NCBI GenBank assembly: GCA_028534125.1
Contig: CM052832.1
Location: 21,516,001-21,580,000 of the forward strand
Reading direction: 5' to 3'
Length of the DNA stretch: 64,000 nucleotides
From: Lama glama
Taxonomy: Eukaryota
Below the pieces are notes generated by a model. That model made no database searches. It saw only the letters and a program-made list of their open reading frames with translations, and had not been told where the DNA came from. Position 1 is the first letter of the stretch. Each line of letters opens with the position of its first letter. Shown here one piece after another: positions 26,141 through 40,386 of this stretch. The translations under genes and the position numbers were made by a program.

Positions 26141-26687
26141 TACTGATGTTTCCTTCGCATTAGGAAAGCTCACGTCTCATGCTTTCAGATGTAAAATTTC
26201 ATCCTAGTATTCTACGACTTAACTAAAACTTCAGTCTTCATATAGTTTATGATTTTTTAGTCATGAATGATAACCTTTTCCATCTGAAAAGTATGTGCAC
26301 TTGGTTTGGGGCAATCCTCCACAGTTCGCATTGTGTCTTGCCTCCCAGACCCCACCCCCCAATTTTATTATCTGTTCCTAGGGACTTTTCATCAGTATCC
26401 CACCTCTCTTTGAAATTACAATCAGATTATTTAAAAACTCTGATCATTCTCTCCAGTTTTGAAAACAAGGCCATAGTGGTACTTGCTAGCTAAAAAAGGA
26501 AGGCATATCCAGAAAACCAGTCATTTTTTTTTTCAAAGAGGGATAAAATAATTCATTTGGAATTCAAAACTATAGCACTGTGATTCTCTGCTTTGCTCAG
26601 GATATACAGAAATGCTTCTGAATTTCATAAAAGAAGTACCCATTCTTCTGTATATATTCTGTTGCACACAAATGAGGTTATTTATGC

Positions 26688-26714
26688 ATTATTATTATTA
26701 TTATTATTATTATT
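26688..26714. repeat. (ATT)n microsatellite
   Basis: attattattattattattattattatt. Confidence 0.95.
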
Positions 26715-28911
26715 AGCTGGTGGGTTATTCAATCAGATTTTTTTGAAGGATGAATTAAGACTGTTTTCCCAAGTAAACGTAAGATGTAAGGTGAGGCACA
26801 GGGAACTGTACAGCATCTCACCTCATGGTCCCTTCAGTTAAGACACGCTCTCTTCTTTTGGTTCATTCACAAACATTGCCATCTTCTTGTCAGCCTTCCC
26901 AGCCCCCTCCAAAACAAAACATTTATTAACTGAAGCTTCCAACTGTGACAGAAATTACAGTCATGTTAATGGTACAGATGGTGTAAAAAATGCAATCTAA
27001 AAACATGATTAAAAAACTCGGGAGCTAGGTAACCCAAGTTCATCTCGGATATGGCCGACCAGACATCTCTCAGGAAGGAAATACACGTTTTTGGTTAATT
27101 AGTTTGCTTTTATCCATCCCTGTAATTAGAACATGCTTTTCCCCTACTTAATCCTAAAACAGTCATTAGATTTAATAAACCTTTCTCGATTGCCACAAAT
27201 GAGAAAATGAATTAGTTCAAAAGCAAGCATTAAGCTGGTATTAGCAATATGATTGTAACATTATGTGAATAAAAATGTTTTTGTTTAATTATTCAAGATT
27301 AAATATATTATTTTATAGTTTGTTGCAAAAGAGTACATAGGGTTTTTTGTTTTTCCTTCTTCCTTATGTTGGTTCATAAGGTAGTAAAAACACTGATGCT
27401 GCCTCCACAGATTACATTCCACCAAATGGAAGTGATTATTAATCATTCTTTCAAAAAAAAAATCAAGCCATAATTAGTTTCTTCTCCAGTCAAAGGAGAG
27501 TCAGACCCCACATGGTCAAGGAGAGAGGGCGGTCTTGGTTGCAGGGCACTAACTAGGAAGCTCGGCTCACGTAACTTTCAAGCTTCCTTTGAAGAGACAA
27601 GGGAGACAGAGCTGAAGGTTAGGCTTTGTTCTTCTTATTAGTTTAATCTCCAAGTCTTTGTGTGATGGTCTGACCTCCCAGGTTGTCCACAGAGGCCTCC
27701 TAAATCCACAGGTCCTATTCCTCCCTTTCATGCTCTACTTGCCAATCTGGTAAGCAAGGTAGTTATTCACATGGTGCTACTTTCCAGATGATTAAAGGTT
27801 AAAATCCTTTTTATAAGTGACAACCAATACATGACAAAGCTGAAGACCTAAGCTTTCCAGAGCTTCATCTTGTGCATTTTCTGTCCTGAAGTTCCTCTTC
27901 GTTACACATCAAGAAGGACCTCAATACAACGACATCATGGGGAGAGAACCCAAGTTGGGTTTCACCTGGATCACGTGTTACAGTGACAGCAAAAAAGCTG
28001 TTAGTTGGATGGCAGGTTCTGGGGCATAGACATTTCCCCTCCATTGACTCCCTGCCTGTGCTCACTGAAGAGCCTGTGGTCATGGCATCCATAGGCATTA
28101 CTGCTGATGGGCCACAGACAAGTGCAGGTCCCCAAAACATAGATGTGGACTTGGATCAGACAGGAACGTGCAGGAGAAAGGAGGTTTACTTTGATCATAG
28201 GACAGTATGAGATTTGAAGGAAACCTGGGTAGGAGGGTGAGTTCAGGAATATCTTAGTGGGACCAGCCTAACCCAGAAATAACACTAGGGGCTCTAGAAA
28301 TAATTCTACACCTTTCCCTCCTCCCTTCAAAACTCATAAAAGTTAAGAGCAAAGGCAACCGAGGCCAGTGCGGTCTTTGCATCTTTGCATACTGATTTTG
28401 AGCTGAACCTACCTTGGAATTTGTTGGATAGATTAGAGAGGTTAATATCAGAAATCAAAACCTTTTTTTTCCTCTTGGCTATGGGACATAAACTGCAACC
28501 CTTTTTAGTAATTTTTATGGGAGATTGGTACTCTGTGGAGCTGACAGTTTGTCATGTCAGGCATTTTGACCGTTCTAATTTCAGAGGAGGTAAAAAACCC
28601 AAGACCCAGAAAGTACATGCTGGAGCTCAGGCAAAGGCCCAGTCCCTGACTCTCAACGCCATGTCTGATGATACGTTTCCTTTTGCTAGGTTACTGCTGG
28701 GCTATTTACTAGGCCATTCCTAGTGCTACACGCAGTCCAGACTCGTGAAGCATAGCAGAAAGATGTAGTATTGGATACTAGCAGTGGACAAGTGCACAAT
28801 CTCCAAGCCGGTTTTCACGTGTATTTATTTGAATAAAAAAGTTACATTCCAGTCTCCCATAACCTTTAGGAAATATCACCCTCCACGTTGCCTAGTGCAC
28901 CAAACTACAGG

Positions 28912-29040
28912 ATCAGCCACAAATCAGCCATGTGACTGTAGATGGACACTTAGCTTCTCTGGGCTGTGGTTGCCGCACTGTGGAATGAAGTGGTTTAGAT
29001 AAGTGATCTCTATGGTTTCCCCCTAATGCCAAAATTACTT
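28912..29040 (+). mobile_element. MIR3-like SINE fragment
   Basis: cagccatgtgactg...cacttagcttctctgggc...gtttagataagtgatctctatggtttcc. Confidence 0.6.
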
Positions 29041-30019
29041 GATTTCACTCTATTCCCTAATACCACAGACTGCAAATCTGAATTACTATTCTTTGTTGAG
29101 ATTAAGTTCGAATGCTCCCTAAACAGAGGCTAGGAATCAAGTAAAGAATAAACTGCTGCTTTACAAATGAAGTAGAATAAAGGAGCTGTGTGTCAAGAGG
29201 GATGCTTGACCCAGGAGTTAACAGAGAATTCCAGTTTTCTGGGATGTTGCTAACATAGGAGGAATAAAAAAATCTTTTCTCATAAATAATGTTACAAGCT
29301 TTTGGAATTTTTTTTTAAGGAGTTACTGCAAAGGAGATACTGATTCTCAATGTGAAAAGATCAGCTCAGTAAGTGAAGGCATTTACAATATTACTTAAAA
29401 ATTTTTACAGACTTTCTGCTCCCCATCATTAAGAACAAACCTGAAAATCTGCACACTTTGAACAGTTAGGACATTGTTCCGAGAAGGAAAATGTGACTGC
29501 TTGGAAACAGAGGCTGTGAATCCCATGCATGGACAAAGTTCTGTGCCACCAGCTCTGCAGACCTCACAGAGACACGTGGGAGACGGTAAAATCCTTAAGG
29601 CTCCCGGTAACCCAAGGGCATGTGACCACTGAGCACTCAAGCATCGTGAAACTGGAGAACTGATTCTGGATACTTAATGAGGATGAAACCACTTGGCACA
29701 ATTCTCTGGTTTTGAGCAAAGAATACTTAAAACAGGAAATCTTAGAAAAGAAGTGAAGTGATGGCATTCTCCCCGTCTGCCTCGGCCCAGTCCCAGCTTG
29801 CCTGGACTTGTTCCCTTTATTCTGGAGAACAAACAGGTGATTCAGTATGACCTGCCCCATCACAGAACCCACTCCCAGCGTGGGTGTGACCCTGGGCTCC
29901 CTGACAGCCTTCCCACGTGGGGGCTGCTTTACAAACGGCTGTTAATGAACGTACGTGACCTCACTCCAGTGAGGGAACATACCTGAACAACACTTGCTTG
30001 ACTGAAAGCTACATCATTT

Positions 30020-30145
30020 GACCTTCACACTTCTGGGGGATTAACAGGACAACTTCCAGTTTTATGCCCATTTTTCACAGACCAGAAAACTGAGGCTTGA
30101 GGAAGTGAAATAGAGACTTCAAGAGAGCACGGCTTGGTAAGATTC
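30020..30145 (-). mobile_element. MIR SINE fragment
   Basis: atgcccatttttcacagaccagaaaactgaggcttgaggaagtgaa. Confidence 0.65.
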
Positions 30146-32269
30146 ACAGGTGAACTGCTTTGCGTAAAGTAAGACAGAAATGAAAGTAATCACTCTGACC
30201 ATTTTGACACATCTCTATAAATTAAGGCAAAATTAAAACTTCATATGGAACAGTATTCTAGTCTTTTCTGAACACAACACGCCTACTAAAATTTTGTGTG
30301 TTTTTCGCCTTCAAAATCCCTCTTCACTTAGTCATAAACGAGGAGGTGTTTCTCCTCCTCCCCTGTCCCAGAACGGCAGGCAGTTCACATGGTGAAACGC
30401 GCTGTTCTACGACCTGAGTTGTTCCAGACAGCCTGTCACGGGGCGTTCAACACAGACAGCAAGGCACACGATCACCCTCCCAACCAGGGTCCCCAGAGAC
30501 ACAGGCCTGGAGAATGAGGGCGCCAAAAAACTGGGTTTGGTACGATCAGTAGTCTTTCAGGTTGACTCAATGTGGAAAGAAAACAGTATTAAACAATTAC
30601 GAACATTCTCTGTAAGAGTGTATAGTTGATCATTTTTACAGTTTAATAAAAATGTATTTGCTTTCGTTTATTGCAATGACACTAGGGAACTGAAACACCA
30701 AATGCACAAAGGCAGCTGGCGAGCAAGAGACCAGCTGAAAAATAAAAGCCTGACAAATTTCAAAAAGAAAATATCAATCTCTAATTTAAGGAGCATCAAG
30801 CCAATTTTGTGTAAAAACAAACACAAAGCTTTTGTGTGAGCTGTTAGTCACCCTTGTTTTTCTTCAACAGAAAAATGAACAGAAGAGCTTTTGTGATGAA
30901 ATGCTAGTATTAAAAGTCCCCGCGGTCCTACCTTCCACTCATGAGACGCAGCCATCACTGCAGACACACCTGCTTTGTTGACACACGCAAAAACAGAAAA
31001 AACACAACCCTTACAAAATAGAGAGATGCTGAGGGAAAAACAAACTTCCAGAGATTTATTACTGTGTGTGTTTTTAACTTTCCTAATTCAGGCTATACTG
31101 ACCTATACTGGTTGCTTGTATTTCTGATCTTCTAGCAACAGTGTTTTTAGCTTCTAAGAAATAAAATATGACTAAATGAAATATGAACTTGCAGATTTCG
31201 GTTTCATCCTCTGAGAATAAGGATTAGGCCGAATCAGCAAATTAATTATGCTCCCTACATTCTGAGCCTGATGGAATGATTATTTGGCTACAGCCGGCAC
31301 AGATCATGCATTCTTCTCTGTAACAAGGCAAATTAGATATTTATGCTCCTATTCCAAACAAAGCAGACATGCTGTCTGGCAGGATTTTTTTTTTCTACCC
31401 TAGTTAGAACTCTTGTAAGTAAAGCTTATAAGTTTTATCATGTGGCTCTTCAACCCTGCTCTGCATAAACAATCTTTATGAGGGTCATACTGCTTCTGAT
31501 TTAATAGTCAATAAATGCACTACCACCATTACCATCTCTAACTTCTTGGAATAGTTATGTAAAAATGATGTTTTCTTGCTTTAATCTGCACCCAAGCTAG
31601 TTCATATTGATTCTTTAAGGATGCCTTTCTACAATTTGTCCTTCCCATTTCTCTTCAGGCATTTTATTTATATTCTTGCCTATGCTTTGGTTCAAATGAT
31701 CAACACAGGTCTTCACCTCTGAACCTACTGGCGCCCTGTTCCTTGTATCCGAGGATGTCACTGCTGCCTCCAATAACCTGCTCAGGGGCTGGCAGTGAGG
31801 GTCCCCAGTCCATGAATCCAGCCAATATCCGTCAGCTCTTCACTTAATCACCTTCAAGGTGGAGGGTACCTGGTGGCCACCAGTTATCAGGAGACAGGGG
31901 CCAGAATTAGGTCCTGCCATAAACCTTGCTGCTAGAAGTGAAAACTGGGTACCTCAACTTCTCTGGAGTCCTGGCGCTCTCCAAACTCCTGACAGGCTGA
32001 CTTGATCTATACAAATAAATTTTTCTGTTGTTTTGTTTTCTGCTTGGCACTGCAGCTCTGGTCAATGCCACTTCTTACCCAGAACTCCAGGTACTCAGAG
32101 AGGACTCTCATTCTAACCATTTGCCTCCATCTCAAGTTAATCATTCCCTTGCCAGGAGGGGAATAAAGGAAGGGAAGAATCAGCGGTAAGTTCCCGCTTC
32201 TTCAGCACCCAACTTGGGAGTCTGGTGTGAAACAGACTCGTGGCTATGCTCGGATCAGATTGCCCTGAC

Positions 32270-32490
32270 CAATGGTGCTCAAGCTATCTGCGGTGAAGAC
32301 CAGCTTAAAAAAAAAACCTCTTCCCTCCTTTCTTCCTTTCCTTTCCTAAAAAAAAGTTTCAATATATCAGGAACCAATTGACTTATAAGTTATTTTGTCA
32401 AATTCCTAAGTGCTTGCTCCAGTAGTTAGCTCATTTGAGATCCACACATTTAGGGGACTGGCTGTCTGGACCTTGTTTGGAACAGCACTG
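32270..32490. mobile_element. hAT-Charlie-like non-autonomous DNA transposon remnant
   Basis: caatggtgctcaagctatctgcggtgaagaccag ... ggaccttgtttggaacagcactg resemble Charlie-type termini. Confidence 0.45.
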
Positions 32491-32497
32491 GTGGGCA

Positions 32498-32675
32498 CAT
32501 GAGGACACAATGAGGAAACAGTTGCTTATAAGCCAGGAGAAAAGACCTCACCAGACACTGAATCTGCCAGCGCCTTGATCTGGGACTTCCTAGCCCCCAT
32601 CACTGTGACAAAGTCAGCTGTTGAGTCCATCCAGTCTACAGGATTTTGTTACAGCAACCCGAGCTGAGTAAGACA
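32498..32675 (+). mobile_element. MaLR LTR (MLT1A-like) 3' part
   Basis: aagccagga...cctcaccagacactgaatctgccagcgccttgatctgggacttcctagcc...ttttgttacagcaacccgagctgagtaagaca. Confidence 0.85.
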
Positions 32676-33239
32676 ATTGCACTCTCCTACGCACTTGGGC
32701 GTGCAGGTAGCTATGCACAAAAACACAGGTGTCCAACGGACTGCACAGACCTTTTATAAAAACAGCATCGGTTCATATTAGGTAAATGTTTCTTCTTCTA
32801 ACAGTATCGCCTGATCAGTGGAGCTGTGCTAAGGCAGCTCTCCCCAGGGGTGCTATCTTAAAGCATTACTTGTTACATGAATGATCTGAAAAAAATACAG
32901 ATAAAACCCCACAGAGGGTCTATGTCAAACTTTCGAAACAATACATATAAAAATATTCTTGGTGGGGCAGAGAAAAAAAGAACAGCACTGACGGGGCCTG
33001 GCACTGAGTCCCACGCACAGCCAGAGCTACCAAGTGACTCGAGCCTGCCGGCCCCTCTGCAAGGATCATCTTCCTTCCTTTCTCCTGACCTCCTCCGTTC
33101 CCCTGCACGAGCTCTCCTCCCCATCCACGACGCCCGTGTTGCTGATACCCTCGTATGCCTCATGCCAAGGCTCTTTCTAGTTATGAAAAGTACACAGTAA
33201 ATATTTGCTGCATGAACTAATTCCTGTCTAAAAACTGCC

Positions 33240-33690
33240 TTGATTGATTCACTCATTCAAAAAACTATTTATTAAGTGCTCAGTATGTGTCAGGCACTCG
33301 GTGAGATCCTGGGATATCCAACTCCTTAAGTAGATTTCAGTTTAGTAACAGAGACAGAAAGCAAAACCATCACAATTCACTGGGAGAAATGTCACGACCA
33401 AAGAAAGCACAGAGTGCTTTGAAAGCCTATAAAAACGCCACTTATCCCAGTCTGGGTTTGTAATAAGCAAAAGTCTCTTGGAGGAGATGGTGCCTGAGCT
33501 GAGTCCAGACAGGCTGGAAGAAGACAAAGTAGGACAAGAGAAGAAGAAACAGAATCTGTGAAGATAAAGAAGTAGACAGAGATTGGCTTGATCAAGAATC
33601 AAGTAGCTCGGAAAGGCTTAAACACAGAGGACAGCGGGGAGAGGTGAACGTGAGGTCTGAGTCGCAGGAAGGACAGAAGCTTTAAGGAAT
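33240..33690 (-). mobile_element. LINE-2 3' region
   Basis: attcactcattcaaaaaactatttattaagtgctcagtatgtgtcaggcac...ctcttggaggagatggtgcctgagctgagtc. Confidence 0.8.
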
Positions 33691-33691
33691 C

Positions 33692-33860
33692 CAGGGTTCC
33701 CAGTGACGGGTACTGGCAGTATCATGAGCACACTTTTACTCTGGGAAGATCTGCACTGTGCAGCGTTTAGGATGTTGAGTTAGCATCCCGGACACCTGGG
33801 CGCTATGTGCCAATACACTGTCAGAGAGGAACGAATGTCAGCCCCGGTTGAGAACCTTGG
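33692..33860 (+). mobile_element. MER20-like hAT element
   Basis: taggatgttgagttagcatcccgg...gccccggttgagaacc matches MER20 internal and terminal sequence. Confidence 0.65.
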
Positions 33861-34069
33861 GTAGAAGCATGATTTGGTCACCAAGTGCACAGGTCTCTCT
33901 GAAAGATGCAAGGTACCAATCTGCCTGAATTGAAGTGTTATCCTAAAAGGTGTGTCCAAGGCAAACCACACCAGCCATGTCCAAGCTGTTCCAAAGAAAA
34001 TCACTTCAGACTCCTCTAGTGTTTACGTCTGGCCTCTACACAGGTAATTTGCTAAGTAACTTTACCATA

Positions 34070-34240
34070 AATTCAGTTCCACTCAGCAAGTATTCACTTA
34101 GAACCTATTGAATGTCAACTACTAGCCTAGTTTCCTTTAAGGGATTTAAAAATATAAGACACAGTCTCTACCCAAGAGAAATTTATAATCTAGTTGCTAA
34201 GACATAATTAAGCAAACACACAAGGCAGCATGTAACCCAG
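34070..34240 (-). mobile_element. LINE-2 3' end
   Basis: ccactcagcaagtattcacttagaacctat...ataagacacagtctctacccaagagaaatttataatctag. Confidence 0.6.
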
Positions 34241-37200
34241 GGCTTGACAGAGTATTATTCATATGTTCATGGGAACATCGAGCAGCTGAGTGGATTCCTC
34301 CTCCTGGATCTTTCGTATCTGACCACATCCTCTATCAGAAGAATACAACAAAGAAAGACACAGAGTCAGCAGGAAGCTGAGATTACTGGTAATTACCTAC
34401 GCGTCCTCCCAGTCTCTCCCTTATTAGTGATTTTAGAGACAGTACTATTTTCATTTACCTGAGAGAAACAGGGTATTTTTGCCTGTAATAAATATCCTAA
34501 TAATTAACAAGATTTCTGTTGACTTTCATATATTTTCCATCAGTGAGGATTTTAAGGAAAGGCATAGTCCTATTGATTTTGCACTGAAGGTGGAAATTAT
34601 TTTTCTCTACCTGCTCCAGCGCTATTATGTCTTTCTTAGGACACACTGATGACCACAAATAACTACTTCTGGTCGTCGTGCTGTCCCTGCCATCGTCTCT
34701 TCTGCTCCCAGTTCTCCTCCTTGATGACACTGCATTTTACCGGACTACATGGCCACAAAGGATAATGAGCTCCTGCCCGAAAGGAACAGCTCCCAGTGAT
34801 TTGTGGATCTCTCTGCTGGGGTCACAAGTCATCAAAAGCAACCTCGTAAAGGGGAAAAGACTGATTTCAAGTTATAATTTTCAGGGACATTGGAAACGGC
34901 AAGTTCCAGAAAGTCTGGTAGAAAATAAGAAGGTTCATGAATACGGGAGAATCAGCAACCAGCAGTGAAGACAGGCTGAAGTCCTCATCTCTTCTGCTAA
35001 AATGAAAACAGCCAGTGAGATTCTCATTCTGACCCTTTTCAATAATTTATACCTGGTAATGGATGGGTTTATCCTATTGTTTCCTGCAAGCAGTTGGCTG
35101 CGGGTGACTGGAGACAGCGAGAGGGGGTAGTGGACAGGTCAGGCAGAGGGGAAGGGGGGAAGGTAATGGCCAGAAGAGGCAAACCTGGCTTCACAGCCTT
35201 CTCCAGGGCTGGATCTGACTGTGAACTTACATATAAAAGTGGGCTTGATCGAGCCAATCTGTGATGTGTGTACATTTTCATGACAATGTATTTTTCTCAA
35301 TTGCAATGGAAAGGCGTGAGAAATAAAACAAGAAAACATTTAATAATTCAGTATTTCCAAGTGTCTACACTACTGAGCATACTAAACAGTAATTCTTTAG
35401 TGGGAAGGGAAAAGAAATGGGTAAGACATTTTACGAGTACTTAGAAAAATAAATACAATGGTTCCCCTAGTTTACCAATGACAAAGGAGATGGTCAGCTA
35501 GCTGAGGAAATGTGCCCGGAGTTTCACAGCTAATGAAGAAGATGCCCATTTTCAGCCAGATTCACCTGAGCTGCAGAACACACGGTCTTCCTCATCTTCA
35601 CCATGCTGCCCAGATGTCTGGGCACATTTGGATTACAGAAATGCTAGAAATAAAATTATGTTCATTAAAAGATGAGCATTTAAAAAATCTTGGCGTTGTG
35701 GCTGCCTATGGCTGAAATGATAAAATGACGGTTTCCCCCAGACTCACACACACCCTGATAACGTTGGTTATTGTGGGGGAGCTGCTGAGTCTGTTTGGGA
35801 GAATCACTTTCTTTTGCAGGACAAAATAGAGATGGCAATAAACTATTTCCCCAGACCTTTGGGGGTTCAGGGCAGCATCTGAAATAAAAGCAACCTTTGG
35901 AACAAAAATACGGTCCCGGTGACACATATGAAAGTGAACCGCTCTGTTAATGTTAAAGGGAGAAAGGGGGAAATGAATAAAACAGCAGGAATAAAACTGA
36001 AATGAGACTGAAAAGAGGAAAGAGGAAACTCTGAGTACAAGGCATAGGCGTATGTTACACAGAGGTGTTCGAGAAATGTTTCTAAACAGTGGATGTGGAA
36101 TGGAAAGTTAAACAGCTATGACACGGAGACTTTCCACTCTGGGGAAAAATAAGGACTCCCTGGCTTGCATGTCATTTGATTCTGGCAAGTATCGCTCTGT
36201 CCTGTCTAACATTTATATTAACCATATAAGAGGCCTTCCTTTTATTATTCTGTTTGTCTACCATCTGAAAATAATGAGCTTAAACAGCAATCATGCTACC
36301 ATTTTACCCCATGAATAGATTCTTTGAATGAAGAATTCTAACAAAATTATCGCTTGGGAAAAGAAAACCGATTCACATTTTTATATGCATTTATGGAAAA
36401 AAAAACCCCTAGATCATAAAAATAAAGACTCTTTCAAAAGGTAAACATCTCATCTCATACATTTAGAAGAAGACTTTAGCCTATTTATCATTTCTAGGCT
36501 TTTTCATGTTTTCATTACCTTCTGAAAACAGGCAGTTTGAAAACAGGTATCAGGCTGTGTCAAAGAAAAGAAGTTAAGAGTAGTCTGTTTCTTTCCTAGG
36601 ATAAACCTACCTTTGGCAATGAAGGTCAAGTACACATTGTAAATAACTGAAATAACTCATAACTAGTAATACACAGGATGATCAACTGTTACTAAAGAGA
36701 AACAGCTTCTTTAGCAAGAACAGTATCTTCAACAGGAAACTAAATAATTGCAGCATATTAGGTTAACTGAAATGTGGAATTCCAGAGAGCAAATATTCTT
36801 TCCCTATTATGAGTGGGATGAGTCTGGGGGAACTTTTGTTCACATTAGTGCTGACAATGCATTAATGCATGTCTGTCCCACCCTCCAGCTTCCTCCCAAT
36901 AGTTTTCTGCTTTTATTCCAATCCGTATACTTACTCCACGCCTATGGATAAGGTGCAGGACACATTAGCAAGGGGCTGGGGGGAGGGGATGGAAATGGTA
37001 GACATTAGTCTGGATTGTCAATAACCTTGGAGGCCTTGGGGAAGAGTAGAAGTGCAAATAATTTATTGCAGCAGAGGAGAGAGAGTTAGGAAGTAATTCC
37101 TCAGTATTATCTTTATGATTTGAGATAGAGTCAAAAGAAATAATACATGAGGGCAGAGTGCCATTAAGGAAAATGCACTGAAAAGTTATTTGGACAGGTA

Positions 37201-37599
37201 TGTGCTAAGCCTTTTGGCTACAATTTAAGCCAGATGTGAAACCCAAAGAGGTACGCTGGCACGGTTACGCTCTTGGTGAGCTGGCTCAAGGACCACTGCA
37301 GTTTAGACAAATCTAAATACGAGTCTTCGGGAACACACTGTGGGCATTCTTAGGCCTTAGGGGAATAAAGAACAAATTCATCTGAATCAAATAATTAATG
37401 AGGCTTGCTTCCCACAACTGTTTTCAGGCGTGAAGTTAGTATTGAATTCCTTGTGCTTCCAAAGTTTTGTATAATATGGTTTACATATGTACGGTCTGCT
37501 ATTAACACTACTACTACCAATAGAATAATTCATAATAGTGGTGTGAGCGGTAGTTGGCAGGACTGTCGGAATTAAAATTAGCTGCTCATTTCTATCCTC

Positions 37600-37695
37600 C
37601 CCAATGCACTGTGAGCAGGTTGAGATCTGGGGCCACACAATATCCTATTCTTTGTGTTCCCAGTGTCTTGCACACAGTGTGACTGAATAAACAAA
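37600..37695 (+). mobile_element. LINE-2 3' end
   Basis: cactgtgagcaggttgag...tttgtgttcccagtgtcttgcacacagtg...tgaataaac. Confidence 0.6.
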
Positions 37696-40264
37696 TGCCA
37701 GTTCTACTAAATTTCCTCTAATAACTTCTGAGTCTCATTTACAATGTTGGCCATCAGGGCAAGAATTACTGTTTACAGACATTAAGATCTGCCCTGTGAC
37801 ACGAGGCTCAGGGTACAGTGGCACCTGATTTCACCTAAAGTCCAAGCAAACACAAAATACAGCCTCGAATGGAAGTTACTTTCCCTTGATTTGGAGAGCC
37901 AGCCACGTGTCCTTCCGACAAGCCGGAAGCACATGAAAAGGTGCTTAAAAATTCAATCATAATCTAAACGTTCACATATTCATAATAATGCCAGAAAATA
38001 ATAGTGTAGATTCATCAAAATGTTACACATTTAAAAATCACTTGTGTTCTTGTATTAATTATTTGAGAGAGGTTTACTTGGCATTCCGGGGCTTCAGTGC
38101 ATTTTAAAGCAAAGTCTGACGACGACTTCTGCAAGAAGGGAGAGCTGTCTGCTTCGCTAACGTGTCCATCTGTTCGTGCCCGCCCTCCGGCGTGGCCCCG
38201 GCTCTCCAGCAGAGAAGTGAAGCCCCAGCCTCTGAAAGCTGTCTTTTTGGCACTGCCTCCCTGAACTAATGAAATGTTTTGGTTTAGAAGTCCAACCCTT
38301 TCAGTCCTGTCCGAGCTTCAGGATGAATGTTCTTAATTTTAAAGAAGCACAGTCCAACAGTGTGTATGTTGCCTGAAGAAGGAAATTAAATTACATTGGA
38401 TTTCACGAGCATATGGTCCTTTACAGGGGAAAAAAGTCTTCCACCCCTGCTGTAAACTCTAGAGGGAATTTATACAAGAGGAACTTGGGTACCAGGAAAC
38501 GCATGTATTCATCATTTCATTGGGTCTTAGATTTTCTGTGACACAGGAGGAGAACGTATCCCTGTGCAGACTCTTGTGAATATAACAGATGAAATCCAGG
38601 CAAGTTTAATTAACAAAAATGGCAGTACGTATATTTTTATCGCATTTAGAAGTTTGTAACACATGCACATTATCCCGTTTGACCCTCACAAACAGTAAAG
38701 GTACACGGAGCAGGGATGATCTCCATATTAAGACAAGAAATCAGATTTGAGATTATTAAAGACATTTCTTTTTTAAGATAAAAACCTCACTAGGCCTACT
38801 CTGTCTTAGGAGGGTTAATCTGGAAATAGGCTAGCTAGTTTGAACCCATTTTCAATACCATCCAGCCAGTCGAGTGGCACAGCCAAGACATGCACCCTGC
38901 CTTCCTTAGCAAAAATCAGTGCTTTTCACAAATTCCTAGAACTATGTTGGCGTTCTCACGGTCACAGCTCCATTTGCTATAGATTTTCTACTCTCTAGTT
39001 TGTCGGCGCAGTGTTCTTGGCAGTTGAGTTGATTTTAAGAAATTGATTAATAGAACGAATTAAGCGATAATGGAACCTAAGTTATTGGAAGAACCAGCTA
39101 AAATTAGCTTTAAAGTAAGAAATGGATGTGCTGAATATTTAATTTTACTGTTTTTACTCTTAAAAATGATTTTTTTTCCAGCTTTATATATAATGTTACC
39201 TTAATATCTTAAACTTCCATGATGTCCATTTGGACTCATGGATTAGCTTTTATATAGTTTCTATTGGTAATGTTCACAGTGCTTATGTGACAAATTAAAC
39301 CTTAGTGACAGGATGTTTCAAGCAGAAGCTTCAGTTTACTCCTTTATCAACAAAACCTGCCTTGTTTCCCATGCACCCTTCCATGACTGATTCCTGGTAC
39401 AGTGCGGACTGTATTTTGCATTCTGCAACACACAAACTTTAACCTTCATTCATTCTTCAGCAGAATGATCCATTAAAATACATACTTTGAATTTAAGGCA
39501 TATATAAGAAGACGTAACCACACAGGAATATGGTGCTGTCAGGACACAACATAATTAATAAAACATAAAATGTGTTTCATAAAGTTACGGTTTTAATTTG
39601 CTACCACATGAAATATGCTCTGGCAATTCTATACAAGATAACTTCCCAGGAGAATTTAAATCCTCTTTTACCCTCCCTCCTCAACATACTCAAAGGATTA
39701 TGATTAATGAACACTAAATCTCTCTTCACTGGAAAAGGTCCTAGCAAATTTCTAAAATCAAATTTAAGCTACTGATAAGTGTCATAGTCCTAAATCTGGA
39801 GCAAACTTTGTTTGACTTGTGAATTCCTGCCCCCCCCCACCTTTTTTCTGGACGTTATTACACAGCAGGAGACAGAGTGTGTCAAAAGTGGGCCCAGCCG
39901 GAGGCAGCACAAAAGAGCAGGGCCACGCACAACCCCAGCAACCCCAGCACACGGATGACCTACATTTGATGCACGCAGCTCACATGAGAAACAGTGGACC
40001 TCTGCTGCTGCTCGCATTTAACCTGTATTTTAAGAGGCAGTTAGAAAGATGTAAAGTAAATGTGCACGAGGTAAGAACTACAGGCATACATCAGTCTAAA
40101 TTCATACGAGACAGCGGCAGAACTGTAGGTGCATGTAAATGTGCACATGGTCTTCTTTCTCTTAATTCCTCAATCTTCATAAACAAATGTACTAGTGGGA
40201 GGTGAGTACAAGTGGAAACAGCATTAATGGGTCGCATATTAATATTTATGTTTTACTATATAAA

Positions 40265-40386
40265 GACCTTGCATACATCATGACTCTGTTTTGCAAGCTG
40301 AATGAATAACTAATGTTACATTATGTATGGGTACATATTAAACAGACATGTCTACACTTTCTTAGTTCAGGATATGATTAATGCAG
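40265..40386 (+). repeat. Copy A of a diverged ~120-bp direct duplication
   Basis: Aligns to 42253-42369 with ~13 substitutions and 2 indels. Confidence 0.9.

Noticed and set aside
32873..33256. Overlapping 127-aa and 107-aa ORFs
   Set aside because: Partly overlap L2 remnants, have no recognisable domain, and are consistent with chance
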